Below are positions 1-10,645 of a DNA stretch of 64,000 nucleotides, piece by piece. Each line of letters starts with the position of its first letter. The first letter of the stretch is position 1. The notes under the pieces were generated by a model that worked only from the letters and a program-made list of their open reading frames with translations, made no database searches and was not told where the DNA came from. This DNA is from a virus. Location of the stretch: the IMG/VR virus record IMGVR_UViG_2663762850_000003. One strand, written 5' to 3'. The position numbers were made by a program, and so were the translations under genes.

Positions 1-1406
1 TTCACGTGCGTTTTCTGCTGGCCGTCAATTTCAGCTTCGGCATCGCCTTCCACGCGGGCCAGAAATTTGCCGCTGGCCGCGATGGCGTAATCGCCGGTGG
101 CCACGTGCTGAACGGCTCCGGCCAACAGGCTGACGGTACCCAGTACCGTGGTTTTATCCGTGGCTTTTACCGTGGTTTCACGGCTGACCAGCTCGCGGCG
201 CTCCCGGTCTGCGGTCACTTCGCGGCTCATTGATGTTTCACTGATGGTCTGGTCAGTTTTCCGCACCCAGTCACCGGCCTGCGTGACACGCTGGGAAACT
301 TCCTCCCGCTGCTGTTGCAGCTGCTCACCCGGCTTTACGTCCGGCAGGCTTGTGCCATCCGGCACGGTCTGACGTACAAACGGCTTATCCGCGCGCCCGC
401 CGGTAAAGCCCACCTCTACCAGCGTGCCTTCGGGCGGAAACTGGAACATCCCCGAATCATTACCGGCCATCGGCACCGGCAGCGGCACGGCGGAATACAC
501 CGGCGTGTTACCGTCCGGCTTACCGTCTGCGTCAAGCAGCTGCACGTCAACGGCGTAGCGCGGGCGGAACGGATCGGAAAAATTCCCGCTGCTCACCGGC
601 TCGCTGTGCGCCACCACCCGCGCGAATTTCGGCAGATGCAGCCCGGATGCCAGCTCTGGATAATGCGCCTCAATCTGGCGCTGCGCCGGGGTTTTCTGTA
701 GCGGCCTGCCGGTTTTCCTGTCGCGCGGCGTCCACGTGATGGTCATGCTGTCGCCGGACAGATTAACTTTCGTCACCCGCTGGCCGTTCACTTCCGCACC
801 GGGGCGCAGGGTCTGCACCAGGGGAATGGTCATGCTGTTGCCACCGGCAGCGCCCTGGTTAAAGTCTGCCGGAATTTCAACGGGCCGCCCGGCAAACAGC
901 GCCTTTTCCGCGCCGCCCAGATACAAAGAGCCATCCGGCAGTTGATACCAGACGTAATCATTCACGCCAAAAGCGCGGCCCAGATTATCCAGCAGCTGGA
1001 ACCCGCTGCCGGAATGGGTGAAATGCGGGATCGGCGTGTCGCGGTAGGCGGCATCCGGCACCGTTACCGTAATGCCGCTGTGCTCCGTCATCCAGCTGGC
1101 GATTTCTTTCAGCGTGGGATGCTGGAACGAACAGGGCCAGCTGCGTTCGAACACGCCGACCAGCTCGCGCACAAAGAGGCGCTGGAAGCCCTTTTCGGCG
1201 GGCTGCGAGCGCTCCACGTAGCCGGTAAACCAGCGCAGCAATAAATCGCTGTAACCCACATCAAGCCGCACCAGTTTTCCGGTGTAGTCCGTGTCGGTTT
1301 CCGCTGTGATAAACCCCCGCCCGCAGCTGTTCAGCTCAAGCGTCATATTCACATCAACCAGATGCACCTCATCCGTGGACAGGTACAGACGTTTAACAGG
1401 CTTCAT
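1..1406 (-). CDS. Baseplate hub/spike-type tail protein (3' end runs off the window)
   Basis: Hand translation from ATG at 1406 (MKPVKRLYLSTDEVHLVDVN...) is open to the window edge; missing from the ORF track because it has no stop in the window; last gene position of an HP1-type tail operon. Confidence 0.7.
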   Translation of the reverse strand, partial: MKPVKRLYLSTDEVHLVDVNMTLELNSCGRGFITAETDTDYTGKLVRLDVGYSDLLLRWFTGYVERSQPAEKGFQRLFVRELVGVFERSWPCSFQHPTLKEIASWMTEHSGITVTVPDAAYRDTPIPHFTHSGSGFQLLDNLGRAFGVNDYVWYQLPDGSLYLGGAEKALFAGRPVEIPADFNQGAAGGNSMTIPLVQTLRPGAEVNGQRVTKVNLSGDSMTITWTPRDRKTGRPLQKTPAQRQIEAHYPELASGLHLPKFARVVAHSEPVSSGNFSDPFRPRYAVDVQLLDADGKPDGNTPVYSAVPLPVPMAGNDSGMFQFPPEGTLVEVGFTGGRADKPFVRQTVPDGTSLPDVKPGEQLQQQREEVSQRVTQAGDWVRKTDQTISETSMSREVTADRERRELVSRETTVKATDKTTVLGTVSLLAGAVQHVATGDYAIAASGKFLARVEGDAEAEIDGQQKTHV

Positions 1407-1408
1407 CG

Positions 1409-1957
1409 TTACCCCAGCGCATCATTGACAGGTTTAAGCACCTTACTTTCAAACCATGACAGCGTTTCCGCATCCTCTCCGGCGCTGGCCTGGCTGGCTG
1501 CGCCGCCACCGGCGCCAGCCTTCTGCGTTTTGCTGGCCGTTCTGGACGCCGCCCGCGCTTCACGTTTTTCCTGAACGCTAAGATGTTCGGTCAGAGTGAA
1601 CGTGACCAGCCAGCTCATGCGGCCATCCTGCGGCGGCGCGTCCACTGTGCCGGTAAACGTGGCTTCTCGCAGATTAACGGCGCGAGCCACCTCATTGGCC
1701 ACGCGGTAAACCTGCCGCTTGCCGCCCGCATCCGTGGCGTTCGCCAGGGCGAAAATGCGTGACAGCGTGCTGATTTGCTTAAACGGCACTTCGCCCACCA
1801 CGCGCAGCTCTTTGCCTTTTGCGCCCTGCTCGGCTTTTGTGGTGGCGCTGGTCTGCCCGCTCTGGTCTTTGTCCTGAAACTGCTGGCTGACCGTCACGCG
1901 CATGTTTTTAAGCGGTATGGCTTCGCCGTTAAGCGCCAGCATGATCGTTGATGTCAT
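1409..1957 (-). CDS. Phage baseplate/tail protein
   Basis: 182-aa ORF coupled within the tail operon; synteny. Confidence 0.7.
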   Translation of the reverse strand: MTSTIMLALNGEAIPLKNMRVTVSQQFQDKDQSGQTSATTKAEQGAKGKELRVVGEVPFKQISTLSRIFALANATDAGGKRQVYRVANEVARAVNLREATFTGTVDAPPQDGRMSWLVTFTLTEHLSVQEKREARAASRTASKTQKAGAGGGAASQASAGEDAETLSWFESKVLKPVNDALG

Positions 1958-2654
1958 GGATCATTCCCTTAATTCCGTCGAGATTGTCACCGGCCAGCAT
2001 GATGGCCGCGCTGTGTACGGCAAAAGGCTGCGGTATATCCTGCATGAGCGTGCGCGTGCGCGTCGCCGCGTCACCCTTCGCCGTAAAAACCCAGGCGCGG
2101 GCGCTCTTGCCGGTTAACTGTTTGAGCCCGTCAGCCAGCTGTGAAAGCAGCCCGGCGCGCTCGGCGGCGAACCCGGCAAGCGCGGCTTTCATTCCGGCCA
2201 TATCAACACCGGCGCTGGCCTGTGCCTGGGCGCTGGCCACGGCTCTGGCGTTCATTACCGCCCGGCTTGTTGGCACAGAAAGCGGCAGCGCAGCGGGAAG
2301 GCCGCCGCCACTGCGCGCAGGCAGCTGCATCCGTACCGTGGCAAGCTCCGCCGCCGAACGCGCCAGGCGGCTCACCTGCGTAAAAGCGGGCGCCGGAAAA
2401 ACCTCTGTCAGCGCATCGAGACGCTGAATAAAATCATCCTGCGTCTGGCCGGTAATGAGAAAAATCACCACATCCTGCACATCCGCCGCACTCGCCAGCC
2501 TTCCGGCCAGATACGCCACGGCATTGGCCGGACTCAGATAAGCCCCGTTTTCGGTCTGCTGGCCAACCCCGTAAATCCACGGATGCGCCGGAACGATGGC
2601 GCAGTCCAGCGCGGAAAACGCATCAGAGAACGCCAGTTTTGCTTCACGCCACAT
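1929..2654 (-). CDS. Conserved HP1-type phage tail protein
   Basis: Start moved to ATG 2654 (MWREAKLAF), which overlaps the upstream stop; synteny. Confidence 0.65.
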   Translation of the reverse strand: MWREAKLAFSDAFSALDCAIVPAHPWIYGVGQQTENGAYLSPANAVAYLAGRLASAADVQDVVIFLITGQTQDDFIQRLDALTEVFPAPAFTQVSRLARSAAELATVRMQLPARSGGGLPAALPLSVPTSRAVMNARAVASAQAQASAGVDMAGMKAALAGFAAERAGLLSQLADGLKQLTGKSARAWVFTAKGDAATRTRTLMQDIPQPFAVHSAAIMLAGDNLDGIKGMIHDINDHAGA

Positions 2655-3075
2655 CGCCAGGCGCCTCCGGCCATGTGATATCCGGCGCGGCGCTGGCATC
2701 AATGCGGTTAAGCAGCACGCGGTACTGTAGCCACTCAGTTAACCGCATCTTTTCTTCATCGGTTGCCAGGCCCAGAGTTACTGCATCCTGAAGCGGGGCA
2801 ATCGCATCGCCTGCCGCTCTCATCAGCGCGGTCTTTTTACTGGCGGCCAGCGCGTTCAGCGTTTCCTGGTCGGGCGGTGGCGGATCGGCAAGTACCGGCT
2901 GGCCATATTCGTTTGACGTGATAACTTTGCCTCCGGTCTGGGATTCCAGAAGGTACTGATACCAGCTTATTGATACCTCCCGCGCATCATCAGGCCAGCA
3001 CTGTTGTTGCTCATAATCGGCCCGCATCTGCTCAGGATAAAAGCCGTTAGTTGTGGCACTAAAATATACTTTCAT
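2644..3075 (-). CDS. Tail fibre assembly protein (Tfa-like)
   Basis: Follows the tail fibre; C-terminal [10 protein letters not shown]...PDITWPEAP motif typical of Tfa. Confidence 0.85.
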   Translation of the reverse strand: MKVYFSATTNGFYPEQMRADYEQQQCWPDDAREVSISWYQYLLESQTGGKVITSNEYGQPVLADPPPPDQETLNALAASKKTALMRAAGDAIAPLQDAVTLGLATDEEKMRLTEWLQYRVLLNRIDASAAPDITWPEAPGDVA

Positions 3076-3076
3076 C

Positions 3077-4924
3077 TCATCGTCCTATAGCCATCCAGCC
3101 CACGGTATTACGCTGCGAAGCGACAATCACAAACCCTGTGGTGGATGTGCTCGACGCCCCCACATCGCCATAACTGCCGCTGTTAACGTTCAGAGACAGC
3201 GACGGAACAATACTGAATGCCACCGGGAACGTGACGCCCTGCCCGCTGGTCATTACGGTGACCTTGCCATACTGGATAAGCATCCCCGTATTGGTATCCC
3301 TGAACCACCCGTTCGCCCCAAGTGAGGCGGTGTTGATTTTCTGAAAGCGCGCATCAGATTCCGCTTTCGTGTAAGCCTGCCCCGCCGGGGTGTAACTGCC
3401 TTTGGGCTGGTAGCGCGCGTCACCCTCTGCTTTGGTATATGCCCCCACGTTCGCGGCAGGGATGGCGATATCTGCCGTACCGTCAAACGCCACACCGGCA
3501 ATTTTGCGCGCGGTGGCCAGCCTGCTGGCCGCAACGGCAGTACCACCCGCCGGCAGGGCACCCACATCCGCCGCCGTGGGCCTGTTGGCTTCGTCGTACT
3601 GCTGCGCCCAGGCTGACCAGGTACCGTTAAACGCCGTGCGGATGTACGCACGGGAATTGTTGTAAATACGGTAAATCTGCGTAATACCGGCGTGCTTATA
3701 GACCTCAAGCGAACCCGCGACCGGCTCCGGGTAATTCTTTCCGTTAGCCGCCTGCGAATTAGCAAGCTGGTAATACAGCCCCGGCACGGTGTATGCGTTC
3801 AGGTCTGCCGCACTGCCGATGCTTACCGACTGCCCGTTAAAAATATCCTGCGCGGTGATGCTGATATCTTCGCTCAGGGCGCGACCGTTAACCTTGCGTC
3901 CGGACGGCACGCGGCCACTGGCGTTGTCATTCGCGGCCTTAACCGCTTTCGGCGTGGCGGCTTTATCTTCCGCTTCACTGTCCAGCGCGCTACTCAGTTG
4001 CGTGAAGCCCTTCGCGTTTAACGTCGCATCAGGATGGTTACGCGACTGCTCATGTTTTTTCATGGCATCGCTGGCATCCTGCCCCGCAAGCGAACCTTTC
4101 GGGCGCAGGTCAGTAATCACGCCACTTGCATCAATACTGGCCAGCGCAAACACGTAATGCTGCACCCCGTTCTGCACGTAATCGGCAAGATTTGCCGCCA
4201 CGGTCACTTTGCTTTTTACCTGCCAGGCACTGACCAGCGAACCTTCCCAGCTCACATCAAGCCAGACCTTAACCGGCTTCGTGGTCACTGTGATGTTCTG
4301 GCTGGCAGCCAGCTGCGCGCGCAGCCCCTGCACATAACCGGTGCCAGGCGTCACGAAATACTGTGTACCGGTTTTGCCGACAAGCCAGCCATCGCCCATA
4401 AACGCCGCCGCGCCGAATACGTCGATGTTTTCCAGGCGCTGGCGCTCATCCATCCCGGCCAGGCGCGCGGTAAAATCAATCTGCCAGGTTTCCGCCGGGG
4501 TGTTAATGCCCGTTTCGGCCTGCGCGCCGTTGTACTCCATCAGAAAAGAGCGCGTGAGCACGTTGCCCTGCTGGCCCGCTTTCGTTTTCAGCTTCTGCTG
4601 CACCGGCGCATGAACAATCATTGCCAGCGTGCCGCTGGCCTTGTTCATCAGGCCAATCCAGTTAAACGAGAAATCGCCCACATCCGCGCCCAGTACCACG
4701 GAATGCACCACGGCATTTTCATTCACCACACCCTTGCGGCTGACCGCCTGCCGGTGAACAATCTGCGCCGCCGGTGGCAGCGTTTCACTGCGGCTGATCG
4801 GCGCATCAGGGTTAAGCCCCGGCACGTTTGCAAACACAAATTCATCCAGCAGGATGGCTTCACCCGTCACGCCCTGCTTCGCTTTCCACTGCTCAAAGGC
4901 CAGTGTGATTACTGTCTGTGACAT
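3077..4924 (-). CDS. Tail fibre protein
   Basis: Start moved to ATG 4924 ([13 protein letters not shown]); KGFTQLSSA and AYTKAE.DAR repeats; C-terminal NGWFRD..TG.LIQYG module. Confidence 0.88.
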   Translation of the reverse strand: MSQTVITLAFEQWKAKQGVTGEAILLDEFVFANVPGLNPDAPISRSETLPPAAQIVHRQAVSRKGVVNENAVVHSVVLGADVGDFSFNWIGLMNKASGTLAMIVHAPVQQKLKTKAGQQGNVLTRSFLMEYNGAQAETGINTPAETWQIDFTARLAGMDERQRLENIDVFGAAAFMGDGWLVGKTGTQYFVTPGTGYVQGLRAQLAASQNITVTTKPVKVWLDVSWEGSLVSAWQVKSKVTVAANLADYVQNGVQHYVFALASIDASGVITDLRPKGSLAGQDASDAMKKHEQSRNHPDATLNAKGFTQLSSALDSEAEDKAATPKAVKAANDNASGRVPSGRKVNGRALSEDISITAQDIFNGQSVSIGSAADLNAYTVPGLYYQLANSQAANGKNYPEPVAGSLEVYKHAGITQIYRIYNNSRAYIRTAFNGTWSAWAQQYDEANRPTAADVGALPAGGTAVAASRLATARKIAGVAFDGTADIAIPAANVGAYTKAEGDARYQPKGSYTPAGQAYTKAESDARFQKINTASLGANGWFRDTNTGMLIQYGKVTVMTSGQGVTFPVAFSIVPSLSLNVNSGSYGDVGASSTSTTGFVIVASQRNTVGWMAIGR

Positions 4925-4932
4925 AAAACTCC

Positions 4933-5520
4933 CTATAACGTCGCGCTGAATGTTGCGCCTGCGGCCCCGGCGCCATTCAGCTGCGCCGGATAAACCACGT
5001 ATTCGCCCTGATCCCATCCGGCCCGGATGGCCAGACTTTCCGAAGTAATGACTTCAAACTGATAGCGGCGGCAGGTGCGCCCGTACTGGCGGATAATCTG
5101 GATCATCAGTTGCGTGTTATCCGCAATCTGGCCATCCGTGACACGTACCAGAATCACATCCCAGTCGATGCCCGGCTGGCGCTCCTGTAGCTCCACATAA
5201 CCGATGCCGAGCCGCTCAAAAATATTAATAAACCCCTCAACCGAACCGGCATCGCGGGCGTTCACGAAGGCATACGCCACGCGCTTGCGAAACAGCGCCA
5301 GCGGCTCACCATCAAAGCGCGTCACGTCGCGGTCATAAGCCAGCAGGTTTAACAGCGGTTCGGCGCAGGTCAGCGGATCAAACTGACTCACCGGCCACGT
5401 CACCCACCCATAAACCAGCGTCCAGAATCGCCGCGCAGCACGCAGCAGCGTGGCGGGTTCGCCCTCGCTCATCCAGAAAGGCAGGCGCAGCCCGGCCAGT
5501 TTTTTCATAAAGTCAGGCAT
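4933..5520 (-). CDS. Baseplate/tail protein (gpI-like)
   Basis: Between baseplate J-like and tail fibre genes; LNLLAYDRDV..FDGEP..LFRKRV pattern. Confidence 0.75.
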   Translation of the reverse strand: MPDFMKKLAGLRLPFWMSEGEPATLLRAARRFWTLVYGWVTWPVSQFDPLTCAEPLLNLLAYDRDVTRFDGEPLALFRKRVAYAFVNARDAGSVEGFINIFERLGIGYVELQERQPGIDWDVILVRVTDGQIADNTQLMIQIIRQYGRTCRRYQFEVITSESLAIRAGWDQGEYVVYPAQLNGAGAAGATFSATL

Positions 5521-6697
5521 TCATAAGCCTCACGGTCAGCGTATCGAGGCGCGGCACGTTCAGCCCGCTGACGATATCGGTCAGCGAAAAGGCCAGCGAA
5601 TCAATCGCGGCAAACTGGCGATGCAGCTCGCGCCCCAGGTTGGAAAACGAGAAACGCGAAAATGGCCATGTTTTCTTCACGTCAAATTCATTGTTCTCCC
5701 GAAAAGCGCAGCGGATCAGGTTTTCGGCCCCGGTGCGCAGCACGCTCTGTTCCTCGTCGGTCAGGTTGGCCAGATTTCTGACATACAGCGTCACCGCCAG
5801 GACGTGCCGGGTTTCCGGCATGGCAAAACACTGCATATCGTCGCCGTGGCCGTGATAGCCCTGCGTGGTGATGTAGTCGTTGACCGCCTCGATAAACGGA
5901 TCGGAGGTCACACCCGTATCCAGCAACAGATAGGCGTTTGCCGTTCCCGGCCCGCGCGGTGCCTCATGCTCAAAGAAAATACGGTCAATACTCAGCCCGG
6001 CCACGCTGGCAATCATGGAGCGGTAAACCGCATCCGTGTGGTAATTGCCCACCAGGTTAAACTGGTTACGGCAGCGCTCGCGCAGCTCGTCGTCGCTTTC
6101 CTCATCAGCGCCCGGCACTGTCAGCCAGTCGGCTTCGTTCACGGCATGGCTGATACCATCCACGGCAACCGGCAGGATGCGGTAATACCCCGGCGCGAGG
6201 TTATACGCGCCGCCGGTGGCCGTGGCCTGAACCGGGATCAGTGCGCTGGCCACACCGTTGGGGATGGTAAAATCTGCCGTGGTGGCCAGCTCGTACACGG
6301 TGCCGTTAATCCTTTCCGTCTGGATAAGCGTTCCTGCTTTTACCGTCACCACGGCCCCGGCGTCAGCCTTATAAAAGCGGATCACGCCCTGCGCCGCCGT
6401 GGCGGGTTTTGCCGTGACGTTCACCGCCCACGCCAGCAGGCGCAGCATCTGCCCGGACGCCGTGGCCACAAACATATTGGCCAGCACCGTGCCGACCAGC
6501 ACATCCTTAAGCCACAGCACCGGCGTGGTCACAATCGCGGTGATAAGCCGCCAGAACGGTGACATGTTCGACGTGTTCGTGATCAGCCCTTCTTCCTGCA
6601 CAATCCCGTTGAAACGCTCGCGCAGCGCCTCTTTTGTTACGGGCATTCCGCTGGCTTTCACCACTTCTTCAAAATCCACCTGCGGTTTTTCGGTCAT
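5513..6697 (-). CDS. Baseplate J-like wedge protein
   Basis: 394 aa; GADEESDDELRERC and APRGPGT motifs typical of baseplate J family. Confidence 0.88.
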   Translation of the reverse strand: MTEKPQVDFEEVVKASGMPVTKEALRERFNGIVQEEGLITNTSNMSPFWRLITAIVTTPVLWLKDVLVGTVLANMFVATASGQMLRLLAWAVNVTAKPATAAQGVIRFYKADAGAVVTVKAGTLIQTERINGTVYELATTADFTIPNGVASALIPVQATATGGAYNLAPGYYRILPVAVDGISHAVNEADWLTVPGADEESDDELRERCRNQFNLVGNYHTDAVYRSMIASVAGLSIDRIFFEHEAPRGPGTANAYLLLDTGVTSDPFIEAVNDYITTQGYHGHGDDMQCFAMPETRHVLAVTLYVRNLANLTDEEQSVLRTGAENLIRCAFRENNEFDVKKTWPFSRFSFSNLGRELHRQFAAIDSLAFSLTDIVSGLNVPRLDTLTVRLMNA

Positions 6698-7020
6698 AAG
6701 TCAGCCCTCACGGATACCGGCCCGAAATCCCATGTACCGGCAGTGATCCACAGCCGCGTCTGGTTTTCCTCGTTAACCAGCACCGTGCCGGGCTCAATAC
6801 GCTCATCGCTTTCTATCAGCAGCTCAAGGCGGGTAAGGATATCGGCGCGCAATGTGGGGCTGCGCTCCGCAACCAGTTCCGTGGCCAGCCCGCTTTCAAG
6901 AATGGCGTGAACAATGTCCTGCCCGATGCTCTGGCTGTTATTACACAGCACCGGCTCATTACCGGGATTCAGGGTAAAATTGCGCCCCTCAATTAATAAA
7001 TCGATATATAAATCACTCAT
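6694..7020 (-). CDS. Small baseplate protein (HP1-type, DUF2590-like)
   Basis: ATG 7020 overlaps the tape-measure stop; precedes J-like gene. Confidence 0.7.
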   Translation of the reverse strand: MSDLYIDLLIEGRNFTLNPGNEPVLCNNSQSIGQDIVHAILESGLATELVAERSPTLRADILTRLELLIESDERIEPGTVLVNEENQTRLWITAGTWDFGPVSVRADL

Positions 7021-9077
7021 CAGCCCAGTTCCTGCCATTCCATTAATTGCCCCGGCGAAAGCGTTTCTTTCGGATAAATATTTACCGTGTTAATTTTCCG
7101 GCTGTTATCCGTCACCGTTCTGCCGTTGTTATTTATCGTTTTGCTGATGCCGCCTTTATCCAGATTTTTAACCTGCCCGCCGGTTGAAAGCGTATTAGCC
7201 GTTAACGGTGCCGCATCAGTTTTCACCGGTGCCGCAGCAGCTCCCGAATAAATAAATGCGCTGTTTTTAGGCACCGCACCGGCACCGGTTAAAGCGTCCA
7301 CCTGTTTAATTTCAGCGGTTACAGGAATATTCACGCCGGGAATGTTATTCAGCTTGTCAACAATCCACTTCCACGCTTTGGAAAAGCTCTCTGTAATCGT
7401 TGACCAGATATTGCTGAACACATTCACGATACCGCTGGCCATGTCAGCCAGCGCCGCCGCAGGCGAGAAACCGCTTAACAGTTTTGTGAACGCCTCCCAT
7501 CCCTCAGCAATAAACTGCCAGGCTTTCCCGAACATATCCGCCACCCATTTAACGGCAGCAACCACCGTCTGAAAGGCTGCGGTGTCCATTACCGCCGCTT
7601 TGATGGCATCCCAGTGTTTGACCAGTAACCAGCAGCCCGCGACCAGCAGCGCGATGGCGCCGATAATGAGTAATACCGGCCAGCTCATGAAGTTAATACC
7701 CACACCGGCCAGCACCGCCGCGATGCGCACGGCCAGCAGTACGCCGCGCAGCACGCCAAGCATGGCGTTCCAGGCCACAATCGCGCTCCTGGCGAGCCAC
7801 ACCGCGCCGGTGAACAGACGCACCGGCAGCGTGACGGCATACCACAGCGCCTTTAATCCCGTCAGAATGAACGAGGACAGGCCCAGAATGATGTTTGCCG
7901 AGGCGCCCGCCGCCGCAAATCCCAGAATGGCCAGCGCGGCATAACCCACCACGCGCGCAATATTGGGGAAAATCTGCATCCAACGCGCAAAGGTCTGCCC
8001 CATATCCGCCAGGCGGTTCAGCACCGGATAGAGCACCGGCACAAGGGTTAACCCGATGACGGTCTGGATGGCCTTTAGGATTTGCACAAAGCGATCCCAC
8101 GGCTTAACCATCTTCGCAGCCATTTCCTGCGTGCGCTTGAGCCCGTCCGCGCCGCCCAGCTCGTTAATATTGCGCTGCAACAGCGCGACGTTGCCGTAAA
8201 GCTGTTTGACCACTGCCGAACTGTCACCGAACGCCTCATCAAGCTCCGCCTGGGCTTTCAGGTTCCCTTCCAGGCTCTTGCCGTACTTGCCCTGCAACTT
8301 CATCAGCATTTCCGGCATGGACAGGATGTTGCCCTGCATATCCGTAAAGGACAGGCCCAGCTTTTTGGCCCCGTCGATCGCGCCGGTCATAAAGCCTTCA
8401 TAAGCGCTGCTCGCCTCACTGCCCAGCGTGCGGTTAAGCTGGCCCAGCACGGCCAGCTGCTCATCGAGGCCAATGTTGAAGTTAGTGCCGACGCCGCGCG
8501 CGCCTTCCATCAGGTCTTTGATGGCCCCCATTTCCACGCCAAACGTCTGGCGTATGTAAGCCATTTTCCCGGCCAGCTGTTCGGCAAACTGCACGTTACC
8601 GAGGCGCTGCGCATCGCTGCGAAAGTTGGCGAACATCTGCCCCATAAATTCCGCCGTATCCGCAGACGTGGCTTTCAGCGCAAAAGCCAGCGTGTTAGCA
8701 ACCTTCGTCACCTGCGGCAGATCCGTGCTGGTCAGCCCGTCAATCGCGCCGCTGATTTCAGCGGTGGAGTTGACAAACTCCACGGCGCTGGCCCCGTAGG
8801 TCATGGAAAAGCGCATCGCATCACGCTGAACGGTTTGCAGTGCCGTACTGTCCACACCGCGCGCCGAGGCTTCGTTGAGGGCGTCGTACATTTCGATAGC
8901 CGGGCCCAGCGCCCCTTTTACCGTTTCCGCCACCCCCCACATGGCCAGCGCGCCGCCGCCGATACGCTTAAAAGCCTCTTTTGATTTATCCGCAAAGCCC
9001 GTGACAGAATTCTGCGCCTGCTTTAACGGGCGCGTTAATTTGTCGATAAGGCTTAATGTAAAATCCAGCTGTTTCAT
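7020..9077 (-). CDS. Tail tape measure protein
   Basis: 685 aa, Ala/Gly-rich helical with a hydrophobic central segment; follows tail chaperone. Confidence 0.9.
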   Translation of the reverse strand: MKQLDFTLSLIDKLTRPLKQAQNSVTGFADKSKEAFKRIGGGALAMWGVAETVKGALGPAIEMYDALNEASARGVDSTALQTVQRDAMRFSMTYGASAVEFVNSTAEISGAIDGLTSTDLPQVTKVANTLAFALKATSADTAEFMGQMFANFRSDAQRLGNVQFAEQLAGKMAYIRQTFGVEMGAIKDLMEGARGVGTNFNIGLDEQLAVLGQLNRTLGSEASSAYEGFMTGAIDGAKKLGLSFTDMQGNILSMPEMLMKLQGKYGKSLEGNLKAQAELDEAFGDSSAVVKQLYGNVALLQRNINELGGADGLKRTQEMAAKMVKPWDRFVQILKAIQTVIGLTLVPVLYPVLNRLADMGQTFARWMQIFPNIARVVGYAALAILGFAAAGASANIILGLSSFILTGLKALWYAVTLPVRLFTGAVWLARSAIVAWNAMLGVLRGVLLAVRIAAVLAGVGINFMSWPVLLIIGAIALLVAGCWLLVKHWDAIKAAVMDTAAFQTVVAAVKWVADMFGKAWQFIAEGWEAFTKLLSGFSPAAALADMASGIVNVFSNIWSTITESFSKAWKWIVDKLNNIPGVNIPVTAEIKQVDALTGAGAVPKNSAFIYSGAAAAPVKTDAAPLTANTLSTGGQVKNLDKGGISKTINNNGRTVTDNSRKINTVNIYPKETLSPGQLMEWQELG

Positions 9078-9274
9078 TCAGAGCCTTTAAAAGCGATGCC
9101 CACGCCATTGGCTACCGCCACGGACATATTTTCCCAGTAGCGGTTATCCAGCCAGATAGCGGCGGCAATATCATCAATATTATCCTGCCCGGTCGGCAGA
9201 TAATGGCGGCGTAAAATTAAATACTGGTCGAGTCCATTTTGCTCAATCGACTGGACTCGCTTTGTTAGTTTTTT
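9074..9274 (-). CDS. -1 frameshift extension of tail assembly chaperone (GT-type product)
   Basis: A AAA AAC slippery heptamer (9268-9274) just before the chaperone stop; -1 frame reads KLTKRVQSIEQNGLDQYLILRRHYLP...FKGSE* and its TGA overlaps the tape-measure ATG. Confidence 0.8.
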   Translation of the reverse strand, partial: KKLTKRVQSIEQNGLDQYLILRRHYLPTGQDNIDDIAAAIWLDNRYWENMSVAVANGVGIAFKGSE

Positions 9275-9522
9275 ACTTCAATTTCCAGTTCAGGCGCGTA
9301 CAGCTCGTTAATTTTCCCGACCAGCTGCAAAGCCGCGCCCGGACGCTTAATAATTTCGGCCAGCGCCTCTTTGCTTTCTGCCGCAACAATACGGTTCAGA
9401 TAGTTATTCGCCGGGGCGACTTTATTATCCATCGACATTTCGTTGATGAATTTGTTATAGGCGGTCTGGTTCGGTTCAAAAGTAATTTCAGTACCGGCCA
9501 CGACAAGTTTAATTTTTTCCAT
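9265..9522 (-). CDS. Tail assembly chaperone
   Basis: 85 aa immediately upstream of tape measure, ends in a slippery site. Confidence 0.8.
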   Translation of the reverse strand: MEKIKLVVAGTEITFEPNQTAYNKFINEMSMDNKVAPANNYLNRIVAAESKEALAEIIKRPGAALQLVGKINELYAPELEIEVKN

Positions 9523-9808
9523 TTAATAACGTCTCTCTTTGGTTAATTTCGTCAACAAGCTGGTTATGGCGTGCGGCGCACTGCCCGTACAGCTCCAGAT
9601 AAAGGGTTAATAATTCCGCCGCATCCCTGCCGGTTATGCCGGTCAGGCGCGGCAGCTGCGTGCTGCATTTAGTTTTCAGGTTTTCCTGATAACGCACGCT
9701 CGGTACTGGCGGTGGCGTCGTTGTACATGCTGACAAACTCATCAGACAGACAGCGACTGGTAAACACCGGCTTAACCAGCTCCGTGCGGATTTCACGCGG
9801 TGGCGCAT
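9509..9808 (-). CDS. Outer-membrane spanin lipoprotein (o-spanin)
   Basis: Overlaps i-spanin 3' end in another frame; basic N-terminus then lipobox LSAC and Pro-rich linker; start codon (9808 vs 9796) uncertain. Confidence 0.72.
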   Translation of the reverse strand: MRHRVKSARSWLSRCLPVAVCLMSLSACTTTPPPVPSVRYQENLKTKCSTQLPRLTGITGRDAAELLTLYLELYGQCAARHNQLVDEINQRETLLNGKN

Positions 9809-10001
9809 TGCGTAAAGCCTCCAGTTTTTCCTCCAGCGCCCGGCCCGAATTGCTGGCCGCATCCTGCACCTGTTTGCCGGTGGCCGCTGCGGTGCGCTGG
9901 ATGGCCAGGTCGATGCTGTCACGCTGCCAGCCTGCGGCCTTCCAGCCCCCGGCAAACGCCAGCACCAGGGCAACCATCACCGCCAGCGCGGCGCGGCTCA
10001 T
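9669..10001 (-). CDS. Inner-membrane spanin (i-spanin)
   Basis: N-terminal TM helix then helical periplasmic domain; follows endolysin. Confidence 0.78.
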   Translation of the reverse strand: MSRAALAVMVALVLAFAGGWKAAGWQRDSIDLAIQRTAAATGKQVQDAASNSGRALEEKLEALRNAPPREIRTELVKPVFTSRCLSDEFVSMYNDATASTERALSGKPEN

Positions 10002-10342
10002 CAGCGCACCCCGTTATGTTCAAGGCTGAAATGATTGCCGTCCGGGTTGGTTTTAAAACGCCCGCCCCAGCTGCCGCCCAGCGATTCCCAGTATTCACCC
10101 AGCGGCAGATAGTCCTCGGTGCGCGTGACGTATTGACCGTTAATGAACAGGTTAAAATCCACGGCCAGGCGCTGGGTATGCAGGCTGTTGCTGATGCCGC
10201 TGCCCTTCTTCGCATTCAGCGCCGCCTGCTCAGGCGTGCGGTACGCTTCGCCAAAAGTCAGGCGATAGCCCTTTTCTTCGGTCCAGTGGATGAGATTTGC
10301 CACCATCACGGTGAACAGCTGCTGCTTTTCGCTTAAGGTCAC
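10001..10342 (-). CDS. Endolysin, M15-family peptidase
   Basis: EAYRTPEQ, S.H...LAVD and D..H motifs of M15 Zn peptidases; between holin and spanins. Confidence 0.85.
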   Translation of the reverse strand: MTLSEKQQLFTVMVANLIHWTEEKGYRLTFGEAYRTPEQAALNAKKGSGISNSLHTQRLAVDFNLFINGQYVTRTEDYLPLGEYWESLGGSWGGRFKTNPDGNHFSLEHNGVR

Positions 10343-10636
10343 TTAATTGCCTCCCTTGCTGAATAAACCGCTGATACCCTTTTTTCGCAGCCAGGCTTCC
10401 ACGCCGCTTAAGCCCAGGATACCCAGCGCCGAACCAAACCCAATCAGCGCCAGCGGGTGAATATCCGGCACCAGATAGAGCACCACGCCCGCCATCAGTG
10501 ACAGCGCGCTGCCGACAATCACCCGGCCCAGCACCAGGCGAACCGTGATCGGCTCGTTACTGGTCAGCATCTTGCCGAGGGCGATAAGCCCGCCCATGAT
10601 AAGCAGCGCCCAGAAGCCCTTTTCGTATTCCTGCAT
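10343..10636 (-). CDS. Holin (P2 gpY-like)
   Basis: 97 aa, three hydrophobic segments, EPIT.RL..GR motif like P2 holin. Confidence 0.85.
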   Translation of the reverse strand: MQEYEKGFWALLIMGGLIALGKMLTSNEPITVRLVLGRVIVGSALSLMAGVVLYLVPDIHPLALIGFGSALGILGLSGVEAWLRKKGISGLFSKGGN

Positions 10637-10645
10637 TCCCTTCCC

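Noticed and set aside
2644-4924. Invertible tail-fibre cassette
   Set aside because: No DNA invertase gene, no second inverted fibre end and no flanking inverted repeats seen
4034-8984. Long plus-strand ORFs (4034-4921, 5450-6562, 8082-8984)
   Set aside because: Antisense shadows of well-supported GC-rich tail genes; no motifs
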